A stretch of 64,000 nucleotides of DNA from the human T2T-CHM13v2.0 reference genome, Homo sapiens, in NCBI RefSeq assembly GCF_009914755.1, contig NC_060933.1. One strand, written 5' to 3'. Under the pieces are notes generated by a model. The model had not been told where the DNA came from. It worked only from the letters and a program-made list of their open reading frames with translations, and did not search any database. The translations under genes were made by a program, and so were the position numbers. Of this stretch, positions 1-13,764 are shown one piece after another (position 1 is the first letter of the stretch; each line of letters begins with the position of its first letter).

Positions 1-1517
1 TCCAGTACTAACTCAAAAGTCCAAGTCCCAAGTGTCATCTGGAACAAGGCAAGTCCTTTCTGCCTATGAGCCTATAAAACCAAAAACAAATTAGGTACTT
101 CCAAGATACAATAAGGGTACAGTCATTGTGTAAATGTTCCCATTCCAAATGAGAGAAATTGGCCAAAACAAAAGGGCTACACATCCCATGCTAGTCTGAA
201 ATCCAGCAGGGGAGTCATTACATTTTAAAGCTTCAAAATAATCTCCTTTGACTTTGTCTCACATCCCGGATACATTAATGCAATGGGTGGCCTCCCAAGG
301 CCTTAGAAAGTTCTGCCCCTGTAGCTTTGCATCATACAGCCTCCACGGCTGCTTTCTCAGGCTGGAATTGAGTGCCTGTGGCTTTTCCAAGCACATGGTG
401 CAAAATGTCAGCAGATCTACCATTCTGGGATCTGGAGGACAGTGGCCCTCTTCTCATAGCTTCACTAGGCAGTGCCCCAGTGCGGACTCTGTGTGGGGCC
501 TCCAACCCCACATTTCCCCCCTGCACTGCCCTAGTAGATGATCTCCACGAGGTCTCCACCCTTGCAGCAGACTTCTGCCTGGACATCCACACATCCTCTT
601 AAACCTAGGTAGAGTTTGCCAAACCTCAATTCTTGCCTTCTGCACACCTGCAGGCCCAACACAATGTGGAAGTCACCAAGGCTTGGGGCTTACACCCTCT
701 GAAGCAATGGACAAGCTGTATCTTGGCCTCTTTTAGCCAAGGCTAGAGCTGAAGTGACCGTGATGCAGGATGCCATGTCCCTAGGCTGCACAGAGCAGTG
801 GGTCCCTGAGCCTGGCCCACAAAACCATTTTTGCGTCCAGGCCTGTGATGGGAGGGGTTGCCTTGAAGTTCTCTGAAATATCTTGGAGGCATTTTCCCCC
901 TTCTCTTGGCTATTAACATTCGGCTCTTCTTTACTTATGCAAATTTCTGCAGCCTTCTTGAGTTACTCCCGAGAAGATGGGTTTTCTTTTCTACCACATG
1001 GCCAGGCTGCAAATTTTCTGAACTTTTATGCTTTGCTTCCCTTTTAAATGTAAGTCCCAGTTGCAGGTCATTTTCTTTGTTTATGCAAATAAGCATAGGC
1101 TTTTAGAAGCAGCCAGACCACCTCTTGAATGCTTTGCTGCTTAGAAATTTCTTCCAACAGATACCCTAAACCACCTCTCTCAAGTTCAAATTTCCATAGA
1201 TCCCTAGAGCAGGGGAACAATGCCATCAGTCTCTTTGCTAAAGCATAGCAAGAGTGACCTTTACTCCAGTTCCCAATAAGTTCCTCATCTCTATCTGAGA
1301 TCACTTCAGCCTGGACTTCACTGTCCGTATCACTATCAGCATTTTGGTCACAACCATGCAACAAGTCTCTAGGAAGTTCCAAACTTTCCCTTATCTTCCT
1401 GTCTTCTTCTGATCCCTACAAACTGTTTCAACCTCTGCCTGCTACCCGGTTCCAAAGTCACTACCACATTTTCAGGTATCTTTACTGCAATGTCCCACTT
1501 CTCTGCTACCAATTTTC
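1..1517 (-). mobile_element. MaLR internal region (MSTA-int-like), cut by window start
   Basis: Reverse complement of typical MST/THE1 internal sequence; near-identical in opposite orientation to 31252-32867; minus ORF MELPRDLL..GCDQNADSD is MaLR-internal derived. Confidence 0.92.
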
Positions 1518-1892
1518 TGTATTAGTTTATTGCTATAAAGAACTACCTGAGACTGGGCAATTTATTTTTAAAAAGAGGGTTAACTGACTCTCAGTTCCAT
1601 ACGCTGTGCAGGAGGCATGGCTGGGGAGGCCTCAGGAAACTTACAATCATGGCATAAGATGAAGAGGAAGCAAGCACATATTCACTTGGCCAGCAGGAGA
1701 GAGAGTGAAGGGGGTGGTGCTACACACTTTTAAACAACTAGATCTTGAGAGAACTCATTATCACAAGAATATCAAGGGGGAAATCTTCCCCCAGGGTCCA
1801 GTTACCTCCCACCAGTTCCCTCCCCCAACGTTGGGGATTACAATTCAATGTGAGATTTGGGTGGGGACACAGAGAAGAGCCAAACTATATCA
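1518..1892 (-). mobile_element. MSTA-like MaLR 5' LTR
   Basis: tgtattag...gagccaaactatatca termini; aggaggcatggctggggaggcctcaggaaacttacaatcatggc core. Confidence 0.9.
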
Positions 1893-2030
1893 GATACCTT
1901 GTCACAGTCTATGGTGCAACTTGTAAATGGAAGAGCCAGTGCTAGGATCCAGTTATCTTGTATCCACTGCAGCACTTGCTCAGAACCATTTTTTATGAAA
2001 AATTCAAATTCCATAAGAATTAAATGAAGG

Positions 2031-2126
2031 CAGAAGACAAATAATATAGCATTTTAAAATTAATTCATACAGTTCATAAGTCAGAAGACAAATAATATAG
2101 CATTCTAAAATTAATTCATACCGTTC
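2031..2126. repeat. 51-bp tandem duplication (2 copies)
   Basis: cagaagacaaataatatagcattYtaaaattaattcatacMgttc starts at 2031 and again at 2082. Confidence 0.9.
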
Positions 2127-3733
2127 TTTTATTCCAAACTTAATCTTAGTTGTCTCATTAAGTGAAAGTTTCTGGGTTGACCACCGATGAAGACACAGAC
2201 AGAAGCTATGAATTTTACACATACTTTGATCACATTTTTTCTTGCCTGAATTATTAGAAGAATAACACATTTCATTGTGCTTGATTGCTAAGTGAGACAG
2301 ATAAATGTAAGATTATTTTTGAAGCAATATTCTTGCTCGTCTTTCAGGAAGCACTTTACTCATGATTACATGTGCACTTAGATAAAAGTACAGTTTTTAT
2401 CTTGATTGTCACTCATGATGTAATTATTCATAAACTTAAGAAAAGAAGTTTCTTTCAGCATGACAAATGGTTCTCATGCTTGTGACATGACACTTTTGAT
2501 CTGTTATGTGAAGGGAAAGGTTTTTCTTCCACCTACCTAAAATTTTCCCCAATACAAGAAATTTGACAGCACTGAATGAATTCTGTACCTGACAGGATGA
2601 CTTGTCTCCTTGCATTCTGTTAACCTAGCAATTTGTTCCAATAGAAACCTTCAAATGAAGAGTAACTTTGTGATAAAAAGACAGGAAGCAAAGGAAAACC
2701 AAGGGAAAAAAATCATAAAATAAACCACCTGTTAGTGCTACCAAAAAGATTAAGAGATCAATTCCAAGATTTATATACTAAGAGGAAAATATTTTTAACC
2801 AACTTATAGAATGCCAAAAGCTGCCACTCCACCTGTTATCTCCTTTCCCAATTTACTTTGCTTCATAGGATATCTATAACTGGGAGGATCTACAAAGAAA
2901 TACAATGCATTACTTTATACCTCAAAACTTTTAACTAAGAATAAAATATTACATGAGGCAGAGAAAGGTTCTATCTATAGATTTAATATCTAAATGATTT
3001 TCTTCAAAAGCCAGTAACAGAGTAAAGTTTATTTTGTGGTGACTTTTCATTATGTATCCTCATTTTAATCAAAATCAGGTTGTTTTTCTTGTTCTAAATT
3101 GCTATTATATATAGCATTTGTGGTTTGACAATTCAATGAAAATAGGTTTTCACCGAAATATCAATTCAAAGTTTCTACCAGTAGTATCCAGTGATAAAAT
3201 CGACTATGTTTCCTTATGAACTAAAAGCAAAACTTGGCATCTAAGTAATCAAATGTTAATAATAGCTTGGATAGATTCTCATTGTTAAACAAAAGCAAAG
3301 CAAAGAACAAAAGCAAAACCAAACAAAACGCTGTAATTATATTTGACTTCACTTCTTACTTATACATACATATATATATATGTATGTATATCATTGGTTG
3401 GGCATTTTTTCCCAGTCATTTATTATCAAATGTTTGTGTAAAGTCATTGATGCTAGAAAGTCATAATTTTAATTAATGCGTTACCTCTACAATTGCTTCT
3501 TTCATGTTCATTCTAAAATGGTGAAACTGCTATCAGCTAAGTTTTTTAAATCAAAGTAAAAGGAATCAGAATCTTGATGTCAGTCTAGCCTGTACCTGAC
3601 CTGCAAACTCCCTAAAAAGGAAAAAAAAAACTGTATTTAAAACTTCTCATGTAGAGTCAAGGATACTTTTTAAGTCCCCTTTCCTGGAATATTGATTACT
3701 TAAGTGCTTTTCCAGAATCTCTGAGCTCAGTTA

Positions 3734-4017
3734 CAGTCAGCCCTTCCTATCCATAGGTTTTGCATCCATGGATTCATCCAATCATGGATAAAGTATCTTC
3801 AAAAATTAAAAATAACACAAATTTTAAAACAGTATGTAAAACAACGATTTATATAGTGTTTACATTGCACTGGGAATTATAAGTAATCTAGAGATTATTT
3901 AAAGAGAGAGTGTAAGTGTGGGTTACATGCAAATACTTCATCATTTACATAAGGAACTCAAGCATCCATGGGTTTTGGTATCCCCAGGGAGTCCTGGAAC
4001 CAATGCACCACCAATAC
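3734..4017 (-). mobile_element. MER2 (Tigger-type MITE)
   Basis: cagtcagccct...gcatccatggattca start and gtcctggaaccaat end match recalled MER2 termini. Confidence 0.8.
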
Positions 4018-5296
4018 TGTGTTAAGTATCAAGACAAATGGATTAATCATAAGCTATGTCTTCTCTACAGTTCTTTCACCATGTATTTCCTTTAGAAAAA
4101 CACTAAAGTAAGTATGAAAAGCTTTGGCTCTAATTTCTCATAAATTACTTATAATTTGATATTTACAAATATAATTATGAATTATAAGTTGATATCGTAT
4201 TGTAATAACATTTTGTTTCTATAATCATGCCTCTTTTTAATGTGATTTTCTCATGTATTTTAATATATTGCAGAAATGCAATAACTGAAGAACTTGTTTT
4301 ATGTACAGTGAGAAATTTGTATACAAAGTCTTCTACCATAATAAAAAAAATGAAGAGGAGCACCAAAACAAGTAATTTGCCAAGAGTCAGTTTTCCTTGG
4401 ATTCGTACATTCCAATTCCCCTGCCACCACCCCACACAGACATGTTCACATTTGCCACCACTCTCTCACTGCCTGCAATGAGATCTAGTTAGCCAGAGAT
4501 GTTTTTCAGGCTTTTTCAGATATTATGTTCATGTTTTGACTTGCCATGTAGCATAGTTAAGGAGGCCTGGCTTTGTTTTCCTACTGTGAAAGGTTTGGAG
4601 AGTTTGATGTCCCACTGGGCTGAATGAATGACAGTCAATTCAACTTTCTTCCTCATGTAGGTATGCATAAGTGACTTCTCAACTATTAGAAAGTTACTTT
4701 TAAGTAGGATTCACTTGAGTAATAACCATCTTAATATTTCTCTTCTTCTCTTAAAAGGAAGAGAAACATTTGCCATATAAAATACTGTATATCTTATTTC
4801 AATATAAATAGCAAATTTGATTTTTATTATTCATATGCAATACTAAAGACCCCCAGCAACATTTCGAATCAGAGTTTCACATGAAATATGTAAAATTGCC
4901 AAACTTGAACTGAAAGGCATCTTAATTTCATCATTGAAATGGTAACTTTTGCAATAAATATTTTGAATATTACTGAAAAATAAGAGAATGAAAGTTGGAG
5001 GGCATGTCATTTTTTTATGTGTAGCTTGAACACTGCCATGATCCACCTCATTGCCATAATATTTTTATAATTTAATTTTCTCATTAACTCTCATTCACTT
5101 TGAAAAATATTTGCCATGTTGCACAAGGATAACCAAAAGATATTCCTCAGAGAAGGCACACAGATAAATCAGTAAGCTTGGAGCTCATGTCTGTTATGTA
5201 GTTTTGGAATTATTCCAAAGGCTTACATAGTTTGCTATGTTTTGCTGTAACAAGAACTTAGACTGTACTCTCTCCACCCCTCAAGAATGCAGTGTC

Positions 5297-5620
5297 TGCC
5301 GGGCGCGGTGGCTTCTGCCTGTAATCCCAGCACTTTGGGTGGCCGAGGACGGAGGATCATGAGGTCAGGAGTTTGAGAGCAGGCAGTTTGAGACCATCCT
5401 GGCCAACATGGTAGACCCCGTCTCTACTGAAAATACAAAATTAGCCGGGTGTGGTGGCGTGCGCCTGTAATCCCAGCTACTCAGGAGGCTGAGGCAGCAG
5501 AATCACTTGAACCCAGGAGGCAGAGGTTGCAGTGAGCTGAGATCACACCACTGCACTCCAGCCTGGGTGACAGAGCAAGAAACCGTCTGGGGCGGGGGGT
5601 GGAGGGGGGCGTGGCGGGGA
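5297..5620 (+). mobile_element. AluS with G-rich tail
   Basis: Full dimer; TSD aagaatgcaRtgtc at 5283-5296 and 5621-5634. Confidence 0.95.
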
Positions 5621-7085
5621 AAGAATGCAATGTCAGAGCTCATCAGACCCATCATATGTGAGTTACTGACCTCAACCACTGGATTTCAAAATACATATAA
5701 ACATAAGAGCTCGTTGAACACTTTGAGAACTTCAGTAAGTCTCAGCCACTTCTCCAAAAATGGAGAGCATATTCTGTGACAGGGCTGCCCTGCCAGTCAC
5801 TTCTTGGAAGGCTGAACTCATGCAGCAACAGCGCCCCACCCTGTCAGCCGCTGAGCTATGAAGCCTCGCCTGCATCACTGGCACCACCCACTTGGTGTCA
5901 AGGGACCCTAGGTGTCTTTGAGTATCTCCATGGTGTCAGACACCATCTCTCCAGAGAATTCGCTTGAAAAAAAGGTGCACCTCAAACTTTCATTCGATTT
6001 GCCTTTCCACAGAGGTCTGCTTCCATTTCTACTTCAGGAACTAGACTTTAATATTTGGAACTCACTCCCTCTGTGGTTAATGTGCCTCATCTTTTGAGTG
6101 TATTCCCTGTAGATTTGTTCACATTATTCTTCTCCTTTTCGAGCATTGTGAACTTAAGAAAACAAATTCTCCTTGCATGGCAATAACCATGTGATTTGTG
6201 AAATCATACTTTGAGCATCTTATTCTAGCCATACAAAACAGCGTGGCTCAGAAATTCAATGTGATCGTTCCTCTGGTCAGTGACATATCCCCATGAAGTG
6301 AAGCAGCAAGGAAGTAAAGGAACAGGGGTTTTAGTTAAGGGGTAAAATGGGTAATCTTCTTGGAAATTACAAGCAACTGAAGAGCTCATTCCAAAATATG
6401 CAGAAATCTCCGAAATCATACATACTTTTTATGTTAGCAAAACTTAAGTGCAAGGAGTCATAATTTAGGTTTATTTAAAGAATGTCTCCAGTCTTGAAAT
6501 AACCTGGGTGATAAAATAATAATACAATCTTTACTTTTATCTACTTGTTTCTTTTTAATTTTAGCACATTTAATATAAGACATAAAGTAAAATATAACAG
6601 TTCTTCAATACATATTTTTCAGAACTAAATAACATTTAAGGGAGATATGCTGATAGTCTTCAAAATATTTTCATCTTAGATTACATATCATTATTTTTTG
6701 GTATCAATTTCTAATTTAAAGCTATTTTCCCACTTAGGATCCTAGTTTTTATTTAAATTTTATTTAATTTTTATCTCCTCTTTTTTCATCTATTGTTTTA
6801 CAGATCGCTTACAATAATTTTCCCTCAGTGCATAGAAAGGAGTGAGCTTGACAACCACCCACCCCCTTGAAAATCAATAGAAGTTGTCTTTTATAATAAA
6901 GCTCTCCCTTATTTACTGGAGAAGTGAAGCTAAGTATACAGATGCATCAGCCTGAGTCAGAAAGAGAAGCAGATATTGCTCAGCAGGAAGCCAGGATAGT
7001 GAGATTTCCAACTTCCTCTAGGTCGTTTTGTGAAAGGTGGTATCATTTTATGTTAAGACAAATTCCCAGAAATGTTACCACCCTC

Positions 7086-7089
7086 CACA

Positions 7090-7130
<41 letters not shown>
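7086..7130. repeat. (CA)n microsatellite
   Basis: Direct reading. Confidence 0.97.
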
Positions 7131-7425
7131 GGAGGCAAGGAGGAGGCTACTGTGTCTTGGGCACTTGCCTAGGCATTGCCTGAAAATTACAGATAATTGT
7201 CACTAACCAATCTAATTGCAACTGTTAAACGAAATAACCCTCAATTCAGAGTTATTTCCTATTCAAATGCAATACAGTTTTTGTTTCTAATATATTAGGT
7301 TGCACAGAAACACTAAGATTGTACTTAAATATGGACTGAGGACCATTTTAAACGTTACAGTAAAGAAGTGATCACAATTTCATCTGGTTATATTAAAAGT
7401 GTTCTGGAATGGTATTGGGAATTGA

Positions 7426-7555
7426 TTTTTTTTTTTTTGAGATGGGGCTCTCACTATGTTGCCCAGGGTGGTCTCTATCTTCTGGGATCAAGTGATCCTT
7501 CTGCCTCAGTTTCCCATGTGGCTGGTACTACTGGTGCATGCCACTGTGTCTGTCA
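7426..7555 (-). mobile_element. FLAM (Alu monomer)
   Basis: poly-T then gagatggggctctcactatgttgcccagg... Confidence 0.85.
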
Positions 7556-8341
7556 CATTTTTTAAAATCATAAACTGATTCTAAATTATAAATAAATCAA
7601 AAGGAAAGGCAGAGGACTTACTATGCTGCTATCTTGACAACATCAAAGTAACTAATCCCCAAAAGTTTATTCAAAAATCACAAGTTGTTTCCATCTTAGA
7701 CCCAATTTCTGTACCAAATAAAGCCTATTATACTCCATAATGAAAAGTACAGATAATGAAAAGTACAGAGCCCAACGATGCTTAAATGATGCTATGTAAT
7801 CTAATAGCTTTGATGAGTCAGTTTCCAAGATATATAATTATATTCAAAGAGTTCTGTCTGGTTCTGTTGATACTACAATCAAATTCTTCCTTCGCTGCAG
7901 ACAACTTGTACTTAAGCAGAAGCTGAGTCATGCCCCCCACTATACGCCTCCAACAACAGATATGCCAAAGTCCTAGAGCTAAATGTCTGAGTGGTCCTGT
8001 TTTATAACAGATCAATAGTTCCTGAAATTAGTATTTGCCTTCCAGGCTAAAATATTTTTTCTACAGTGTTCCAAATATTCTTGCATTTCTTAGTCATTGT
8101 CATAAATAGCAATGATGCTTTGATAATCCTGATAACAAACTACTTCCAAACTGCAGCAACAGAAGGAAAATGGTAGGATATACACAAAATCCTTTGAGAG
8201 ATCCAGAGAGGACTGATATTAGATATAAAAGCAATAACCTGTGGCTTTTCAAAAAGAGAAGCACATTTCTTCGCAATTAAAACTAGGAATTCTCGACAGA
8301 TATAGTTCACTTTCAAGTGACTAGAATTGTCTCATTCCTTA

Positions 8342-8467
<126 letters not shown>

Positions 8468-8844
8468 TCACATCTCCCTCGGAGGTGACACACGTGGCCA
8501 TAGCTATGCAGTGTCCAGCATGCCCTGGCTCCACTCTTGGAGTCACTGTGGCTCTTTCTTTCAGATCCGGGATCGTCCCTTCAACTGCAGAAAATGAATG
8601 CATTCCAGAAAGCCTGGGTCTGGTGGCCATTTCACCTGCAAGGGAAGCATTACAAATACAAACACATTCCTCTGTATTTTATTCAAGATTTCATCACTGG
8701 GTCAAACTGAGGCCTTATGGAGAATAGCAGAAACTGTGATCACTCAAAAGGTCTCAAGAACAAATATAATTTTGGAAACATACATTTAATGAAATGTTAA
8801 GTAATGGCAAATTACTTCATTTATTTATTTACTATATATATTCA

Positions 8845-9105
8845 TATTTTACTTGACACATAATAATTGTACATATTTATGGGGTACAGTGGGATATTTC
8901 AGTATATGTATACAATGTATAATGACCAAATCAGGGTAATTAGCATGTCCATCACCTCAAACCTTTATCATTTCTTTGTGTTGGTAACATGAAAAATCCT
9001 CTCTCCCAGCTATCTGAAAAAAAAGACAACACACTGTTGTTTACTGTGGTTACCCTATAGTGCTGTACAACACTAGAACTTATTCCACCAACTAACTGTA
9101 ATGTT
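8845..9105 (-). mobile_element. L1MA 3' end fragment
   Basis: ataattgtacatatttatggggtacag...aaatcagggtaattagcat...catcacctcaaac. Confidence 0.85.
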
Positions 9106-9251
9106 GCAGAAGACAATACTGACCACATTTGTGAGATATTATCCTAATATGAATGATAATTATAGGTGGGGTTTTATGCTAACATAGCTGCCAAGAACTC
9201 CATAAATGAATGCCCACAACTGTAAGTGAGAAAACAAGATTATTCAATTTG

Positions 9252-9254
<3 letters not shown>

Positions 9255-9290
<36 letters not shown>

Positions 9291-9300
9291 TGTGTGTGTG
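9255..9300. repeat. (TG)n microsatellite
   Basis: Direct reading. Confidence 0.97.
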
Positions 9301-9759
9301 TTGTTTCTATTCTCAGGCAGGGAGTTGGTTTTAGTTCTTTTTTTAAGAGGCCCAAACTCATGCTACTGTAAGAATTAACTGCAAGTTAATTATTGCAAGT
9401 TGAAGTTATTTATAAGACTATGGTATGTATATACAAACACACAATTCTGAATTCACTGTGTAATATTAGTACTCAAAATCATATATATTGTACAGGAGAA
9501 CAACCTGTCTGATAATTCATGAGTTATCTCAGTCTCTAATTGGACAGTACAATTATTTACCTTAAAACAGATTAGAAATCACCAACAGAGAGCTTTTTTT
9601 TTAAACTAAATGCAAGCAGAGTAAAAAGAAATGTAGAGTAGAAAGAAATGAAGCAAAATATAGGTCTTCCTTTGGGAAAAAAGTCAAGACACAAAAGCAG
9701 TTGAAGAGATGTCTTTCATTTCCTAGAGTGATACACATATTTAGTAGTTCGGTAGTTAA

Positions 9760-11242
<1,483 letters not shown>

Positions 11243-12359
11243 TGATGGCAGCAGCTGCTGCCATCATGCAGGCTACAGCAGGGAGGTATGGCTGGGTCTG
11301 CATACTCCATGAAGCTGGTGGGAGCCCCACCCCTTCTGAGTTGGGGTGAGTTCCCTGGTGCGGCTGCAGACCCAGGCCTCCTGCTCTACGGAGCAGGCTG
11401 TAGCCCACCCCAAACTGCAGCTGTGGATCCAAGCTTCCCTGTGCTCTTGGAGGGGGCTGGGAACCGACAGGATCTGCCCTCCTGGGTGCAGCTGCAGCCA
11501 CCCAACCCACTGCTGCAGACCTGGGCTTCCGGCTCCATGGAGCAGGCAGGAGACCGGGACAAGCAGAAGCCCCGCCCCTTCTGAGTTGGCTGGGTGGGAG
11601 CTCCCTGGGTGCAACTGAGGCCACCGTCTCAGGCGCAGGACCCTGGCATCTTGGCAGCCTGCACCCGCCACCCCCAACTGGCTCTGGGATGTCTGCTCTC
11701 ACTGCCTGGCCTCTCTCCTCTTCTGTCACCAGCTTTAATCTCCCAACAGGGTTGGTCGAGCCCTGGGGCCTTGAATGGCAGGGGGAGGGAGAGTCCTGGG
11801 CAGAAGCGGATGGGTCCCCAGTAAAGCCCCACCTTCAAGCCAGGGAGGGCCTGAAGGCTGGGAGCCAGACTGCCAATCCTGTGGACAGGACTGGGGATCT
11901 GTCCCTCCTCTGGGCCGCCAATGGCTGCTCATGGACCAATTGGCAGGTACTTCCTCCCCTCTGAGGTCCATAAAAGCCCTGGGCTCTACCAGAGAGGGCA
12001 GAGGACAGAGAGACGATGGGATGACCAGCTGCAGAGACGAACTCTCCCCTCTACTGAGAGCTTCAGAGACCTGCAGAGACCTCCAAATGACCAGCCTGCG
12101 GAGAGCAGCCAGGCTCGCCAGGGCCTCCTCTCTGCTGAAAGCTGAACACTCCACCGGACGACCTGCCTGCAGAGAGGAGCTACCCACTGTGGGTCTTCTC
12201 TGAGCTGTTCTAACACTAAATAAAACTCCTCTTAATCTTCTTCGCCCTTCCTTTGCATACCTCATTCTTCCTGGATGCAGGACAAGAACTCAGGCAAAGA
12301 TGCCACTGTCCACAGAGGTTTCTGGGCAAGAAAATCGACACCCCAAAGATCCTGTAACA
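11243..12359 (+). mobile_element. MER52-family ERV1 solo LTR
   Basis: TG...CA ends, 4-bp TSD tcat, TATA-like cataaaa ~11969, aataaa ~12219; homologous to inverted copy at 27827-29633. Confidence 0.88.
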
Positions 12360-13329
12360 TCATGATTGGCTGTCTCCACATTTACATCATACAATTCAAT
12401 TACAAACCACTGCAAAGCAGCACTTATTGATGAAGAGCTGGCTCGTGAGCTGTAAGTGGACATGCCATCAGTGGTGGCAGGTTGTAGCTTATTAACTTGA
12501 AATGATACTTTTTTTACATTCCTCTCTGCCCTCACGTGGTGCTAATAATTGTCATAAAAGGGAGTATATGACTCCACCATGACCTCAAAAGGCCTATTCC
12601 CCATCTCAAAGGAAAATGTCACTTTCCTGGTGCTAGAAATTGTAGATATGAGAGTTGCTCAAGTTCATTTATAGTGAAGAGAAGTTAGTAGTGTATTTAT
12701 AGAAGCCTAACACTATGATATGCATATATTTTTTAAATACTATAGAAGGAGCCAATGGCAGTGATCCAGAAAATATATCCTTTTCAGTTGAGATAGAAGA
12801 GCAAAAGAAATCTCTATTCCTATTGCAGAGAAAAAATAGTAAATATATTTGCTCATAACAACATAACTAAACTGTTTGTGGCTTAATAAATAAAAATATA
12901 GTTATTTAAAGGTGGTTCAAGGTTTCGTATATAATCTTACATTCTCCAAATGTGAATTTGCACAGTAACGAATTAAAAATAAAACAAAGCAATATTACTT
13001 GTCAATTCAATCAAATAACTTTGTAATTTAGCAGAAAATAAATTGTACCAGTTTGGTTTAAAGCCCTAACTACACATCTATAGTTTCCTTAAATTAATTA
13101 AAAGAAGTCATGCAATTTTCACAGAATATCACATGCATGTTATCCATTTTAATTTCTCTTAAAAATGGGTTAGTTGCCATTATCAAACTTTAGACAAGAA
13201 ATCAAACAGATAAAGTAACAATGAAAGCAACTTAGACATTAGCTGAAGGGTTTACTCCTAATTGCTGAGTACCCATGCTTTATCCACAAAGGGTGATTTA
13301 CCATTTCTATAAACTGATAGTGAGTTATT

Positions 13330-13762
13330 CAAAATGGAAATTAAGAATACAATCCCGGCTGGACGCAGCGGCTCACGCCTGTAATCCCAGCACTTTGGGA
13401 GGCCTAGGTGGGCAGATCACCTGAGGTCAGGAGTTAGAGTGACCAGCCTGACCAACATGGTGAAACCCTGTCTCTACTAAAAAATACAAAAAAAATTAGC
13501 CGGGCATGATGGCGGGTGCCTGTAATCCCAGCTACTCGGGAGCCTGAAGCAGGAGAATCGCTTGAACCTGGGAGGCAGAAAAAAAAAAGAATGCAATCCA
13601 ATTACAATAGCAACAAAAAACTTATAAAATACTTAGGTGTAAATTTAACCAGGAGGTGAAAGAACTGTATACTGAAAACTATAAAACACTGATGAAAGAA
13701 AATGGAAGAAAACACAAATAAATGGAAAGATATTTTATGTCCACAAAGTAGAACAATTAATA
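13330..13762 (+). mobile_element. L1M ORF2 fragment, interrupted by an Alu
   Basis: aaatacttagg...aaatttaacc...gaaaactataaaacactgatgaaagaaa. Confidence 0.85.
13357..13586 (+). mobile_element. AluSx-like, right arm 3'-truncated
   Basis: TSD aagaatRcaatcc at 13343-13355 and 13587-13599. Confidence 0.93.
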
Positions 13763-13764
13763 GT

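Noticed and set aside
248-1382. ORFs repeated at 31.7-32.9 kb and 45.7-46.6 kb, resembling a gene family
   Set aside because: All derive from homologous MaLR internal sequences
7737-7768. 16-bp tandem duplication ataatgaaaagtacag (similar event at ~27740-27790)
   Set aside because: Ordinary slippage duplications with no further structure
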